Assembly (NCBI GenBank): GCA_951406725.2
Contig: OX597834.1
Coordinates: 24,304,001-24,368,000, forward strand
Source: Octopus vulgaris
Taxonomy: Eukaryota
Reading direction: 5' to 3'
DNA length: 64,000 nt
Shown here piece after piece: positions 1 through 12,200 of this stretch (position 1 is the stretch's first letter; each line of letters starts with the position of its first letter). The notes beneath the pieces were generated by a model. It did no database searches. It saw only the letters and a program-made list of their open reading frames with translations, and was not told the DNA's origin. Made by a program: the position numbers and the translations under genes.

Positions 1-244
1 CGAAATTCGGTATGATATTATCATAAGGTTGGAATAATAATTTATTCCCTAATATTATTATTATATCTGGATATATATATAAATCTGCTTCTTTGGGCTT
101 AGTGAACCTGTAGCAAGTCGTAAAAGGTGATAATATGATGTAATGGTCGTTTGCCCGAACAAGTATAAAAATAGTATTACACAAACAGTAGCCAAACAGG
201 CTATAAAAAACCATTAACATAATCTCTCTGTAGCTGCTGAACCC

Positions 245-275
<31 letters not shown>

Positions 276-289
276 GTGTGCATGCGTAA

Positions 290-1422
290 GGACAAGGTCA
301 TTGGTGTAGAGGAGCTCCTCTATGCTGATGACCTTGTTCTTATTGCTGAATCACTACCAGAATTAGAGAAGAAATTTCAGATATGGAAGCAAGGTCTGGA
401 ATCAGAGTTAATTTAGCAAAGACCCAAGTCCTAATAAGTAGGAAAACAGACAAATCACATATCCCTCCAGGGAGATGGCTTTACTTGATATATAGAAAAG
501 GTGTCAATAGAAATTACATACAGTGTACCCAGTGCCAGCTATAGACACATAAAAGATGAGTGATATCACTAGAAGATTAACAGAGAAAGTAATCTTTACA
601 TGTGGTAGGTATGTAGGTATATTAAACACACAGAATGTACAAAAGATAGACTTACTCACATGTCAGGAGGGATCCTTAAAATTGTATACAGTTTCTGTTA
701 CTTAGGTGACCAAGTTAGCAGTAGTGGAGGTTGTCCGAAAGCAAAGCTGATAGAATAAGAATAGGCTGAAAGGCAGATTGTATGATGCCTCTGTATGAAT
801 AGCTATGCCACATGGCAGTGAGTACTGAGGTTATACGAAGGCTTGAAAGAAATGAAGCCAGTATGCTCTGCTAGATGGGTAATGTCAGTGTGCATATACA
901 AGAGTGTCAGTGATTTGAGAGAAAAACTGGGTATACAAGGCATCAGACGTGGTTTGTAAGAGATAAGACTGCTGGTGCAATCGTGTATTGCATATGAATG
1001 AAGACAGATGCATCATCAAACGCCAATCTCTAACTGTGAAGGGAATGTCTGGAAAGTGTAGACCTGGTAAGATGTGGGAGGTGAGAAAGGTTCTTCAGAC
1101 ACTGGGCCTCACAAAGGGATGATAAGGGACTGTGACTCCTGGAAGTTTGCTGTGGTTGAAAAGGCACATCAAGCTAAGTAAAATCATAGTTGTCACTGCA
1201 TCCCTTTTCAGCTGAATGATCCCCATCTTGCAGGCTTGTAGGTGCTGGTGCAGTCAAAAATTACTCAGTACTCTCTGTGAAGTGCTTGATGTTAAGAAGG
1301 GCATCCAACTATAGAAACCATGCCAAAACAGAAATAGAGCCCAGGCAGTTCTTCAGCTGGCTAGCTCCTGTGAAATAGTCCAACCTATGCCAGAATGGAT
1401 TATAGACATTAAATGATGATGA
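290..1422 (+). mobile_element. Decayed RTE-clade LINE 3' fragment with a (GAT)n tail
   Basis: ELLYADDLVLIAES RT motif at about 312, many stops, and a tail ending acattaaatgatgatgat like the other RTE/SINE tails in the window. Confidence 0.8.
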
Positions 1423-1683
1423 TATAATATAAATCATATATGAAATAAACAGAAATATCTTTCATCTATGTTCTGCTTCATCAAGGTTGGCCAAGGGCTA
1501 AAAGAGTATGTCAAGCTGTCTTGTTTAATCTTCAAGTGTTAACAGATGTTCGTTTTCCTATTAATTCCTAGGAAGCTGTCATTCTACTCTTTTTGGGCAC
1601 ATGGGCTAATTATGAGTAAACGAGGGAACTTCTATGTTGTCATTCAAATAGCCAGAAATAATAGTCAAATCTTTCTCAATTAT

Positions 1684-1936
1684 CTACATTATTTACATTT
1701 TATGGATATTTGTCCTCATCTTGTTTGTTGTTAACACAACATTTCGGCTGATATATCCTCCAGCCTTCATCAGGTGTCTTGGGGAATCTTCGAATCTGGG
1801 TTCTCATTCCTAAGGTATTTTTCGATATTATTATTCAGGTCACTTCCTGGAATCGAACTCGAAATCTTGGAGTTAGTAGCCCACACGGTCTTAACCACTA
1901 CACCATATGCCCATAGGCATATGGCATAGTGGTTAG
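1684..1936 (-). mobile_element. 5'-truncated Penelope-like element end: tRNA-like cassette plus hammerhead, with a short inverted 5' duplication
   Basis: Homologous to 45083-45295. Box A TGGTGTAGTGG and box B GTTCGATTC at 1912-1838; inverted copy of the head at 1916-1936. Confidence 0.75.
1733..1779 (-). ncRNA. Minimal type I hammerhead ribozyme motif
   Basis: AGACAC-CUGAUGA-A-GGCUG(gaggauauau)CAGCC-GAAA-UG-UU-GUGUU. Stem I is GACAC/GUGUU, stem II has 5 bp, and stem III is minimal. Confidence 0.7.
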
Positions 1937-1946
1937 AAATTTCATG

Positions 1947-2804
1947 TCTTTTCTGTTTCACTTTCACTTTTCAATTCCTTCCATTTTGTTCCTATTAATT
2001 TTAAATTTAGTGCATTGATGTATATTTGGGGCTGATTATGGAAATGAAATTCATTTTTGCCTTAAATTAATAAATAGAAAGTTAATAGCTTTGATAGTTT
2101 GCAAAGTTTGAGTAATTTTAGCCGGTCAAAAGCTGCAGATATACTAGTGCCTTGTTTCCTTGGTAACAAGCCAAGTTGTTGCATAGTTTGCTTAGCTGTC
2201 TGTTACCAATTTGTGTAACCTTTCATATACGGTTGAGAAATTGAAAACCAAGGAGGTTGCAGTTGATCAGAAGAAGCATTCTAATGCCGCATGTCCCACA
2301 ATTTTAAAGTTATCTAGTTCTACCACAATCTAGTATGTCCTTCCTTATTTTACGATGTTAGGGAGTTCTTTGGGAGATCTGGCTGCCTTTTCCAATGGTT
2401 CAATTATTACATGAACAGCTTGTTTTTTTATAATTTTGTTCCTGCTACAAAATATGTATTGTTTTCATGAACTAACTACAGTATATTTTTGTAATTTAAC
2501 ATTCAGATTAATTTCTTTTGATAAATTTTCTTATTACATGCTTATTCCAACATTTCACATGACTTTCTTCATTAAAACTTATTAAAACTTTCATCGATGA
2601 ATACTTGTTGTAATGTTGTTATCATGCACAAAATGACAGCTTCCAAATCCTGTTTCTGATTGGGTAAAAATGATCAAACTTTAAGCCTGGAACAAGTGAA
2701 TAACAACGTGAGATTCAGCATGCAAAATTACATCAATATACCAAATCTGAAAATTTTCACTTAATTTAAAAATTTAAAAAAGTGAAGTCGAATAGAAAAG
2801 ATCC
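1947..2804. mobile_element. Old non-autonomous DNA transposon with degenerate TIRs ending GAAAAGATCC
   Basis: Left end tcttttctgtttcactttcactttt versus right end aaaagtgaagtcgaatagaaaagatcc; the terminus is related to the 18680 and 33504 MITEs. Confidence 0.45.
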
Positions 2805-2842
2805 AAATCATTTTAAATGAACAATAATTGACAATGGTATTT

Positions 2843-2848
2843 TTTATT
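2843..2848 (-). terminator. Candidate ATAD5 polyadenylation signal AATAAA
   Basis: AATAAA on the minus strand about 300 nt past the stop codon; the hexamer is common in AT-rich DNA. Confidence 0.3.
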
Positions 2849-3150
2849 TTAAGAAAAGACAGCCATTTCTGAACCAGATCTGATTACTGACAAATAAAAT
2901 TAAAATTAAATGTGTACAACCCTGTCTGTTTTTATGTATCCATATGAGAAGTGAAAGGAACTGGGTTTAAATAATAAAAAAAAAGATGAAATAAAGAAAG
3001 GAAAGACTGAACAATGATCAAACATGAAGAGTAATTTATCATTAAAATATGATACAGTAATTATATGGAGTGATTCCAGCAGCTTCTGCTCTGTGATCCA
3101 TTCCAGAGATAGAAGAGCAAGAATTTGAAAACAACAATATATGGTTCCTA

Positions 3151-3229
3151 TCACGTAAAGTCAGATGATAAAATATTCAGTGTTGATTCCTTCAATTGTA
3201 AATTGATATTGTCAAAATAATGAAAGAAT
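3151..3229 (-). CDS. ATAD5: ATAD5 last coding exon (RFFHYFDNINLQLKESTLNILSSDFT*)
   Basis: Acceptor ...ttggcag at 3230-3231, TGA at 3151-3153; phase 2 fits the previous exon. Confidence 0.9.
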
Positions 3230-6200
3230 CTGCCAATAGAAAAGAGAGAGAGAAGAAAGAAATTGTTAAAAAAGAAAATTGGTGATTTGATATTTATAAA
3301 AATAACTGGCATCAATATAAAATAAGTTTGTCTTTAACTTTAATGAATGAGTGTTGTAAATATGTTTTGTTGAAATAAGAAACATAAAACAAGCCACTAC
3401 ATGTTTGCTCTGAATTACTAGAAAATGGCAGGAACCCAGCAGTACCGTAAATAGGAAACTGGGCAAAAACTGCTCAGTGCTATTTCATCCATCTTTATGT
3501 TCTGAGCTCAAATTCCTTTGAGGTTGACTTTGCCTTTCATCCTTTTGGGGTCATTAAAATTAGTAGCAGTTGATGTAGTTGACTTACTTTCTCTCTCTCT
3601 CTCTCTCTCCTGAAGTTGCTGGCCTTGTGCCAAAATTCAAAATCAATTACTGGAAATTGTAGACAAATCTGTTTCTAGTTGCATCCCAATATCTTAGCAG
3701 AAGAAAATGCACATGAAAGAATATAATCTTATGTACCGCTATAAAGAAAAGGACTGTTATAGAGCAGAGAGAAAGCTTTAGTCCTGCTATGAGTGACTGA
3801 CACTACAGTAACCCCTAAAAAGGTGAAGGGAACTCTTAGGTTCTCTTGTTGTGTGCTAGATAACGCAGACCATGGCTGTTTTAGCAAGCCTCTCCTCTGG
3901 CAGTCTTAGTATGTGTCCAGCCATTCTCATTCGGTCACAATTGCATGCAGGGGCCTTACTCTTGCTGCTTGGAGAATGGTTTCATTTGTCACTCTTGCTT
4001 CGATAAATGATTCTTAGGCTCTTTCTGAGGCAGTGAAATATGTTGAATTGACAGGCGATTTTTGCTGTCATCTTCCAGGTCTCAGCTGTATAGATTGCTT
4101 TTGGCAGTATTGTTGTTTTGTACACACGAATCTTCAGTTCTATACTTATGTTATTGCTACACCAAAGTGTTGTCAGTCTTCTAAATACTCCCACTGTCTT
4201 GCTAATTCTGCAGCTTACATCTGTCTCTGCATTGCTGTTGCTTGTCACTATGCTTGCAATTTCTTCAACTGGTTCTGATCCAACTTTCTTTGATACATCT
4301 TCTTGTTTCCCTACTTGCATTACCTTCGTCTTTTGACTGCTGATTCCCAACCCAGTCTTTGCTGCTTCCCTTTCCATTTTTCTTCTCATTTCTTGTAATG
4401 TTGGGCAATTCTCAGCCAACAGGGCAATGTCATCAACAAAATCCAAGTCTGTTAACCAGTCCCTTACTGTCCATAATACGCCTGCAGCTGGTCCCTCGAT
4501 CTTCACATAACAAAATCAATGACTATCAGAAACAACATTGGTGACAGGAGACAGTCTTGCCTTACTCCAGTGACCATCTTAAGAAAACCAGTGTATCCAT
4601 ACTGTTTTAATGCAGCAGCTTGAGTTGTTGTAGAAACTGCTAAGTAGACTGGTGTATTCATCTGGTATTCCATACACTTTTGCAATCTTCTCGAGGGTTT
4701 CTCTATGCACACTGTCAAATGCCTCTTTGCAGTCAATAAAGTTTATTATTAGTAGTCTTTGATGGTCCATGCATTGTTCTACGATCAGACCCAATAACAG
4801 CCCCACTTTGTGCCTTTATGTCTGCAATGAAGATCACAAGTGCCGACTTATGCACACAGGCAATTTTGTGGATAGTTGGGTGTGGGAAGAAGGTGCTGCC
4901 AATGTACAGATCATTCATACTGTAGAATAACAAAATGTGCTCTCCATTTTCAGTTTTTTTGCTTCCACTTGTATGTGGTCCTTTCATTTGCTCTACACCA
5001 AACCTGTTGGAATCTAGCCGAGCATTCCAGTCCCCCACAACCAACTTGATGTCAAAGCATGTAGTTTTTTCATAATAATTGTCCTTTTTTGTTTCATTCA
5101 CATCATCTGTTGGTGCACAGGTCTGGATGATGGTGGTCTTGACAAATCTGGTTTGAAATCATGCAGAAATAACGCAATCACTGACTGGTCGCCAGCTGAT
5201 AAGAGACTTTGTGGCCTTTCTATCTAGCACCAGCCCCACACCTCTGACATGGTAGTAGAAGCAGAGGGCAAGGGTTTCCCCTCTGCTTCTACTATAATGG
5301 CCCCTGCTCCTCAGATCTGGTTGGCTTCCTGCTCCCCATCTTCATGTCTCCTCCTCCCATCAATTTTGTTCCTAATCCCCCACATTGCTTTGAGTTTAGT
5401 TCCATTGCAAATGCCTCCTGCTATAGTCTTGGGCCAACCAAAGCCTTATACCTGTTATATATGTATAGATGTACATGAAGGAGTATGTGTGTCTTTCTTA
5501 ACATTGTGTAATAACTGTAAACAAGGATCACCATCATAAAAGATGTCCTTCCATGGAGACATGTCCAGTACAAGATGTACTGAACGTGTTAGAAATGATT
5601 GAGGGTTGGCAACAGGAAGGGGCAGCTGGCTGTACAAAATCTGCCTCAATGAATTCCATCTGATTCATACAAGGATAGAAAAGTGGATGTTGAAATGATG
5701 ATGTTGATGTGTACATATGCCAATGTTTAGGAATGACAGTAAAATGAAAGCACTGAGTAGCATCCCATAACATCAGCAGCTATAATTTAATTAATAAATT
5801 AGAGGTCAATAAAATACTAGAATGAAATATATATATATTTAAGTCAATGACTAAAACCCTTTAGCATTCAGATTATTCTGCCAAATGCAATGCCTGTATA
5901 ATCAAATTGTTTTGAATTAATCGTGCAATAACATTGGAGCTTTGAAATTTTGATGATGTGATTGATTATTTTTAGAATGACATTGTAGGATAGGTGTGCA
6001 AAGCCAGATCTGGTTAGTCTGACATATTTGGGCCTGGTATGGCAGGTTTAAATGCTAAAAGGTTAAAAGGTAGTGACCCCAGCTTAACAACAGTCCAATG
6101 AAAATAATATATAGAACGAAAAGAGACACAGAATACCTTCGTTTCACTTTAGCCAATTGTCGATGCTTCTCTGTACGACAGATGTTTCGAAGTACAGGAA

Positions 6201-9200
6201 AATAATCCAAAAAGATCAGGTTGGAATTCAGAGATTGGTTCATTGGAAGACTGTGGATGACATTTTCTACAGCTTTCTGCCGAGCTAAAGAAACACTGTG
6301 AATAAAAAATAAAAAAAAATGATTACAAATTGGAAACTTAATTACCATAAAAGTTCATGAATTAAGAATACACTACCATGTATTAGGTTGTAAAGAAAGC
6401 TCTGTTGAATTTTTGACATGATTACTTTAGAGGTACCTTTTTAATACTTCTGGTAAAATAAGTATTAATTTTTACATTCTAATGTCGTTTTCCTTCACAG
6501 ACTATTTTACAGTGGTTTAATTCATGTTTTTACTCCTTGATTTTACCCTTTTGAAATGAATTTAGATTAGACTTATATCAGACACTGCATGCTGTGTGAA
6601 TTCAAAAGGGGTTCTTCAACAATAAAACAAGAAGCATTCATTCTATCTTTGAAAATGCTTTAACCCTTTCAATACCAAGGCACGTGAAACTGGCTGCATT
6701 AACCTAGTCAAATTTAAATGTCAGACACAGTCTTTAATAATAATACCTGATGACTTGCTGTTGTTCACCTGACAATAATAATGGCAAAAATTAATAAAAT
6801 TGGCAAAACTAACCTCCTGTCTTGTTGCTGTGGTGGTTTGACAAACTCCGAGTGGTGTTGAGAAGTAGACATTGATGTATTTTGCTGCAGCTGTTTCAAA
6901 TCAGCAGTGCAGGAGGAGGAAGCCACATCTTGCCGACATTTCAAGTATGACCTCACTTCCATATGGGCAGCGATATCAGCTGTGTGTTCTGTAAATGTCT
7001 GAGAGTGGCGAAGCTCATTGCTTAGGATTGGAAATTCATCCCATAATCCTGGAGAAAGTGAACTGTGGCAATTAACAGATCTCAGAGTATTAGGATTGAC
7101 AGAAGGATCTGGTGAACAAGAAGTTAAAAATATATCTATGTCGGAACAACGGTCATAGAATTTGGTAATACCTCCAAGAGTTTTCCAATCAGAACTTTCC
7201 TGTGATGGAAGTGTTGTGTTCTCATCCAGATTACTAAGAGGAGAAGTTTGCTGATGAAGTTCTAAATCATTATCTTCCATGGAATTATTAACAATGACAT
7301 GTTCTTCAGAAGAGTTTCCAAGTGGTTTAATGTCATTTCTACAACTCTGTTCTTTAACAGTTGGACAGATGACATCATCACAGGATGTTTCGCTGTCATA
7401 TAAATCACTTTTTAACCTTTGTGTGGCCTCTGGCACATCGGATTTTGTAACCTTTTTTAAAGCATGTAAGCTGAGGTTGAATGGAGGTAATTTTGTTCGA
7501 GATAAGGAAAGTAGAGAAAGAAATAGTTGACGGCATAAATAAAAATTCTGTGAATAACAATGTTGGCACGCCTGAGTTAAGTTATCCAGCTGGTTTACAT
7601 CAATGGGAGTCTGCAAAAAAATAAAATTTCAAACATTAGTACAACACAAACTTAGGGAAAGTATACAATCAATCAAATCAGTCTCAATATTTGATTGTTA
7701 CTATATTTTACCAGGCCCCAGAAGGATGAAAAGCAATGTTGGCTTTGGTGCAATTTGAACACAGATATACAAGATATATAGTCCCATCACTAACAATTAC
7801 ACAAATTCAATGAACAATAACACTAATTTCTGATACAGACAAAAACGCCAGAAATATAGCGGGAGGGGAGTTTGAGGACAAGCGATTAAATGAATTCCTG
7901 TACTTTTATTCTAACTTAGTGACCCCACCAAAGAGGATGAAACAAAGTTGGCCTTGGTGGGATTCAAACTCAGAATGTGTAAAGAGCTATCATTGAATAA
8001 ATACAACAAAGAATTTTGACAAATGCTCTAATGGTTCTGCCAATACAAATGACAATGATGATGACAGTAGTGCTCCAGCATGACCGTGTGACACACAAAA
8101 AATGGAAGGAAATTATTTTGCTTAATAATAATTATGTACTAATAGGTACAGAGTTAAATATTTTTATGGGGTGTTGGGAATAGCTGTTTAAATCAACTCC
8201 ACTAGTTTACTGGTACCGTTTATAGGAGCCAACAAGGAAATCACTATTTGATTACAAGCAGCCAAAAATTTTGTTTCAATAAAACCCTATGTATTAAAAG
8301 AAAGGCTACCTTGGATAACAAAGTCCCAGACATAATTGTCATCATCATTTTAATGTCCACTTTTCCATGCACAGGTCGGATAGAATTCGCTGAAGACAAT
8401 ATTTTATGGCTGGATTCATTACTGTCAACAACTCTCACTTGTTTCCAAGCAAGTTATTATTTCCAAGACTAGACATTTTCCCATGGAAGATTGGAAATGA
8501 AAGATACCACTTGTATGAAGGTGAAACTCATTTACAACCATCACATTCTGTGAAGGCAAAGAGATACTAAGACACACACATGATTTTCCTTCAGTTTTTG
8601 TCTACCAAATCCATTCACAAGGCTTTGATTGGCCTGGGGCTACAGAAAACACTTGTTCAAAGTGCTACACAGTGGGACTGAACCCAAAACCATGTTGTTG
8701 GGAAGTGAACTTTTCAAGTACACAACAACAACTGCAAAATGTAACCAGATGGTCATTGTTGAAATGGAATACTTTTGATCTACTCAGGTCTGTTCAATTA
8801 CATTTGACCTGTAATTAAACAACAATAACTAGGCTAATGTCTTTTTATAATTATCAATTTGAAGGTTCTAAATACCTTTGATGTTTTATTTTCAAGGTGC
8901 AACAACTGCAACTGAACTGGATCTAGAGCCAAATAACTCTCCAAGAAATGTAAATGGGCAGCAAATTCTTGTTTGGAAACATCATCATTGTCCTTTAATT
9001 CCAGCTGTTTATCCGCAACTTCCTTGGAATTTTCAGTGTGAACGGCATCAGACTTGGGCTCACTGCTGTTGTCAGTAAGTGAAGAAGGGTTGCTGCAACT
9101 GACATGTGATAGAGGTATATTGACTGGAAAGCCAGAAGCACCAGAGTTCACCCAGAACTGGAGAGCTAACAGGCAGGATCTGACATCTCCGTTGTAATAT

Positions 9201-12200
9201 GTCACTAGGTCGGATATTTCAGAAGCTTTGGTCACAACATTTTCAGCCAAACACAACGTCTGCAAATGACTTGTTAGGGTTTTCTGTATAAAAAAAATTA
9301 TATTCACAATACATAAATTTATATCTATCTACATACAGAAATACATATAAATGCTTGTCAACACAATTAATGTTAAAGAAAATATAAATATACATATATA
9401 TATATAGCGAGAGAGGGAGAGAGAAAGAGAGTTAAACGCAGGTGCTATTCAAATCTTTATACTTCCGACATATGTTTCGAAGGATAAAAAGAGAAACAAA
9501 ACACATCTCATTTTCCCCCCGACAAGATGATTACATTGTTTTATATTATTTTATTCCCTCAGGAATAATACCAATGTTTTCTTCGAAACATATGTCGAAA
9601 GTATAAAGATTTGAATAACACGTGCATTTAACTCCATTTCTTAATTTACCTATGTTATAGAAAAACATTTCATTAAACCCTGGAGCTACTACCTTTATAA
9701 GAAGGCTGTCACATCCTTGGCACTTACATGAATTTTTGCTACCCTGGTAACTATTTATTTATTATTTTCCGTGTTATTTGTACACAATGAAAAATACACA
9801 TACATTTATATAATTATATATATATATATAATTCGCTTTGAATTAATCATGCATTATCTTGTAGCTATGAGATTTTGATGAGATAATTTTTAGAATGGTA
9901 TTGTAGGGTTGGTGTGAGAGGCCAGATCTGGACAGTTAGAGCATAAACAGCTGGAATATTTTGGCTGGTTTACAAACTAAAGAGTTAAGAATACTGAGAG
10001 AATATACTTTCAAGTCAACCTATTTTATAGACACTGGAGTATATAATTCTTTGCCAAAAAACTATCTTTGGAACATACTTACTCTAGATGGCGTGTGAAA
10101 GTGTAGTGGCTCACAGGACCCGGTAAATTGTTCGCTAAAGTCTGCCGACGTAGAAGTCAAAATAATGGGTCTTTTGGTAGAAGACATAAACTGAAGAATG
10201 GCTGTCCAAAACCCTTTGTCTTCCTCAAATACAATATCAACCTGAAATTAACAAATATATATTTCTTTATTGCCCTCAAGGGGCTAAACATAGAGGGGAC
10301 AAACAAAGACAGACAAAGGGATTAAGTCAATTACATCGACCCCAGTGCGTAACTGCTGGTACTTTATCGACCCCGAAAGGATGAAAGGCAAAGTTGACCT
10401 CGGCGGAATTTGAACTCAGAACATAACGGCAGACGAAATACAGCTACGCATTACGCCCGGCATGCTAACGATTCTGCCAAAAGGCCAACCTACAGAATCA
10501 TATTTAAATATTTGTACTCACTGGTACTAAGCAGTGGCATTCACCAGCTCCAACCAACAAGTTCATCTTGTTAAAGTGTAAGAGTTCATGTTTAGGAGTT
10601 TCGGTGCGAATACAAGTTCACTTGTGGTCTCAGGTCACATACACACTTTGAGATGGTGTGATCCATAGCAGCTCATCTTGCCATTGATCATTGACCGTCG
10701 CAGGCAGAGGATCTACTGACCAAGTTACTGTTGGTTATTGAAGCAGATATAGCCTGGTTTTGAAGTGCCTTCTAGAGACATGCTGTAACAAAAGCTAAGG
10801 AGTACCTCACTACCAGTGGTCCTCCAGTACACCAGGCACCGACCTGGAATTTCTGAGGGCCTGTGCTATATTTACACGTGTGGCAGAGTGTTAGTGTTTT
10901 GAGGGAAAAGTTGGGCTTAAGAGAAATTAGATGCAGTGCGCAAGAGAGAAGACTGCACTAGTTTGGTCATGTGTTATGTATGGATGTAGACAGTTGTATA
11001 CAGAAGTGCCAATCACAAAGTGGATGGAACTTGTGGAAGAGGGAGACCTAGGAAGACATGGGACAAAGTAATGAAGGCTGATCTCAAATAGCATGACTGA
11101 GGACATCTGGCACATAGCTGTACTCAAGAAGACCCGTCTGCCACAACAGATCTGATATGTACTGGTGTCATGTCACAAGTGCCCAGTACACTCTTCGGGG
11201 GAGGGGGGTAAGTTGATTACATCAACCCCAGTGCTCAACTGGTACTTATCAACCCTGAAAAGATGAAAGGGAAAGTCAACTTCAGCAGAATATAACAAAT
11301 AATATTGAAACATACTTACTTCATCAAACAGAATGAGAGATGTACTGGCAATGTTGAGTCGATTGGAAACCTTATCAGAAGAACTGAGGGGGTTGTTTAC
11401 GTTGGTATCAACAAAGTCGATTTTCTTCCAAGAACCAGTCTCAGAGGATTTTCGGATAACACAACGAGGTATAGTATTTTTGACAGGCACTAATTTAAGA
11501 AAAGAAAAAAAAAATTACAATTATGGTTCCATTTATATATTTGTCTTGCAAGATACCTGATGTGAAATTGCGTGCTGAAACAGATTTTGTTATACTTGGG
11601 GATGGTCTTTTCCTTCCTTTTTTTTTGCCAAATGACCACACATACTGTTCTTCACTTCAGCTTCATTATTCTTATTTTAGTGTCCTTTGTCTGAAATCTT
11701 TCGTCACACATCCTGTGACCTCTCCAGTGACTTTCCATCCTATATAGCTGAAGAGGATACAGGATGTGTCAAAAGATTCCCAAGTCACAGCTGAAACACT
11801 TTCAATCATAGATCTGTTCTGGACAGGAGTTGACCAACACTACTAAGTGAACATGAATTTTATATACATACACCAAGTATACACTTGTACATGCACATAC
11901 GTATACATACGAACATATATACATCATGTACATATAGACACACTCATGTACATATACAAACACACACATTCTGAGTAAACTAAAACAACTCACAAACAGC
12001 TTTCTCGTTCTTCTTTCTTTTATTATTTGGTAACTTCCCAGCCAAACTGGCACCAACTAATTTCTTCTCACTTTTAGAACTCTTATCAGATGCTGTATTA
12101 CCTACATTCATCTTGAAGAAGGTAGAAAATGATGGAGCATCAAGATTCTTCAGAGGTGCATTTGGGACATCTGAAAGAGAAAACAGTTTTGATAAGTAAC

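Noticed and set aside
1838-1912. tRNA gene (anticodon ACT); similarly 50001-50070 and 55561-55630
   Set aside because: No pairing acceptor stem, and embedded in repeats; these are tRNA-derived heads, not genes.
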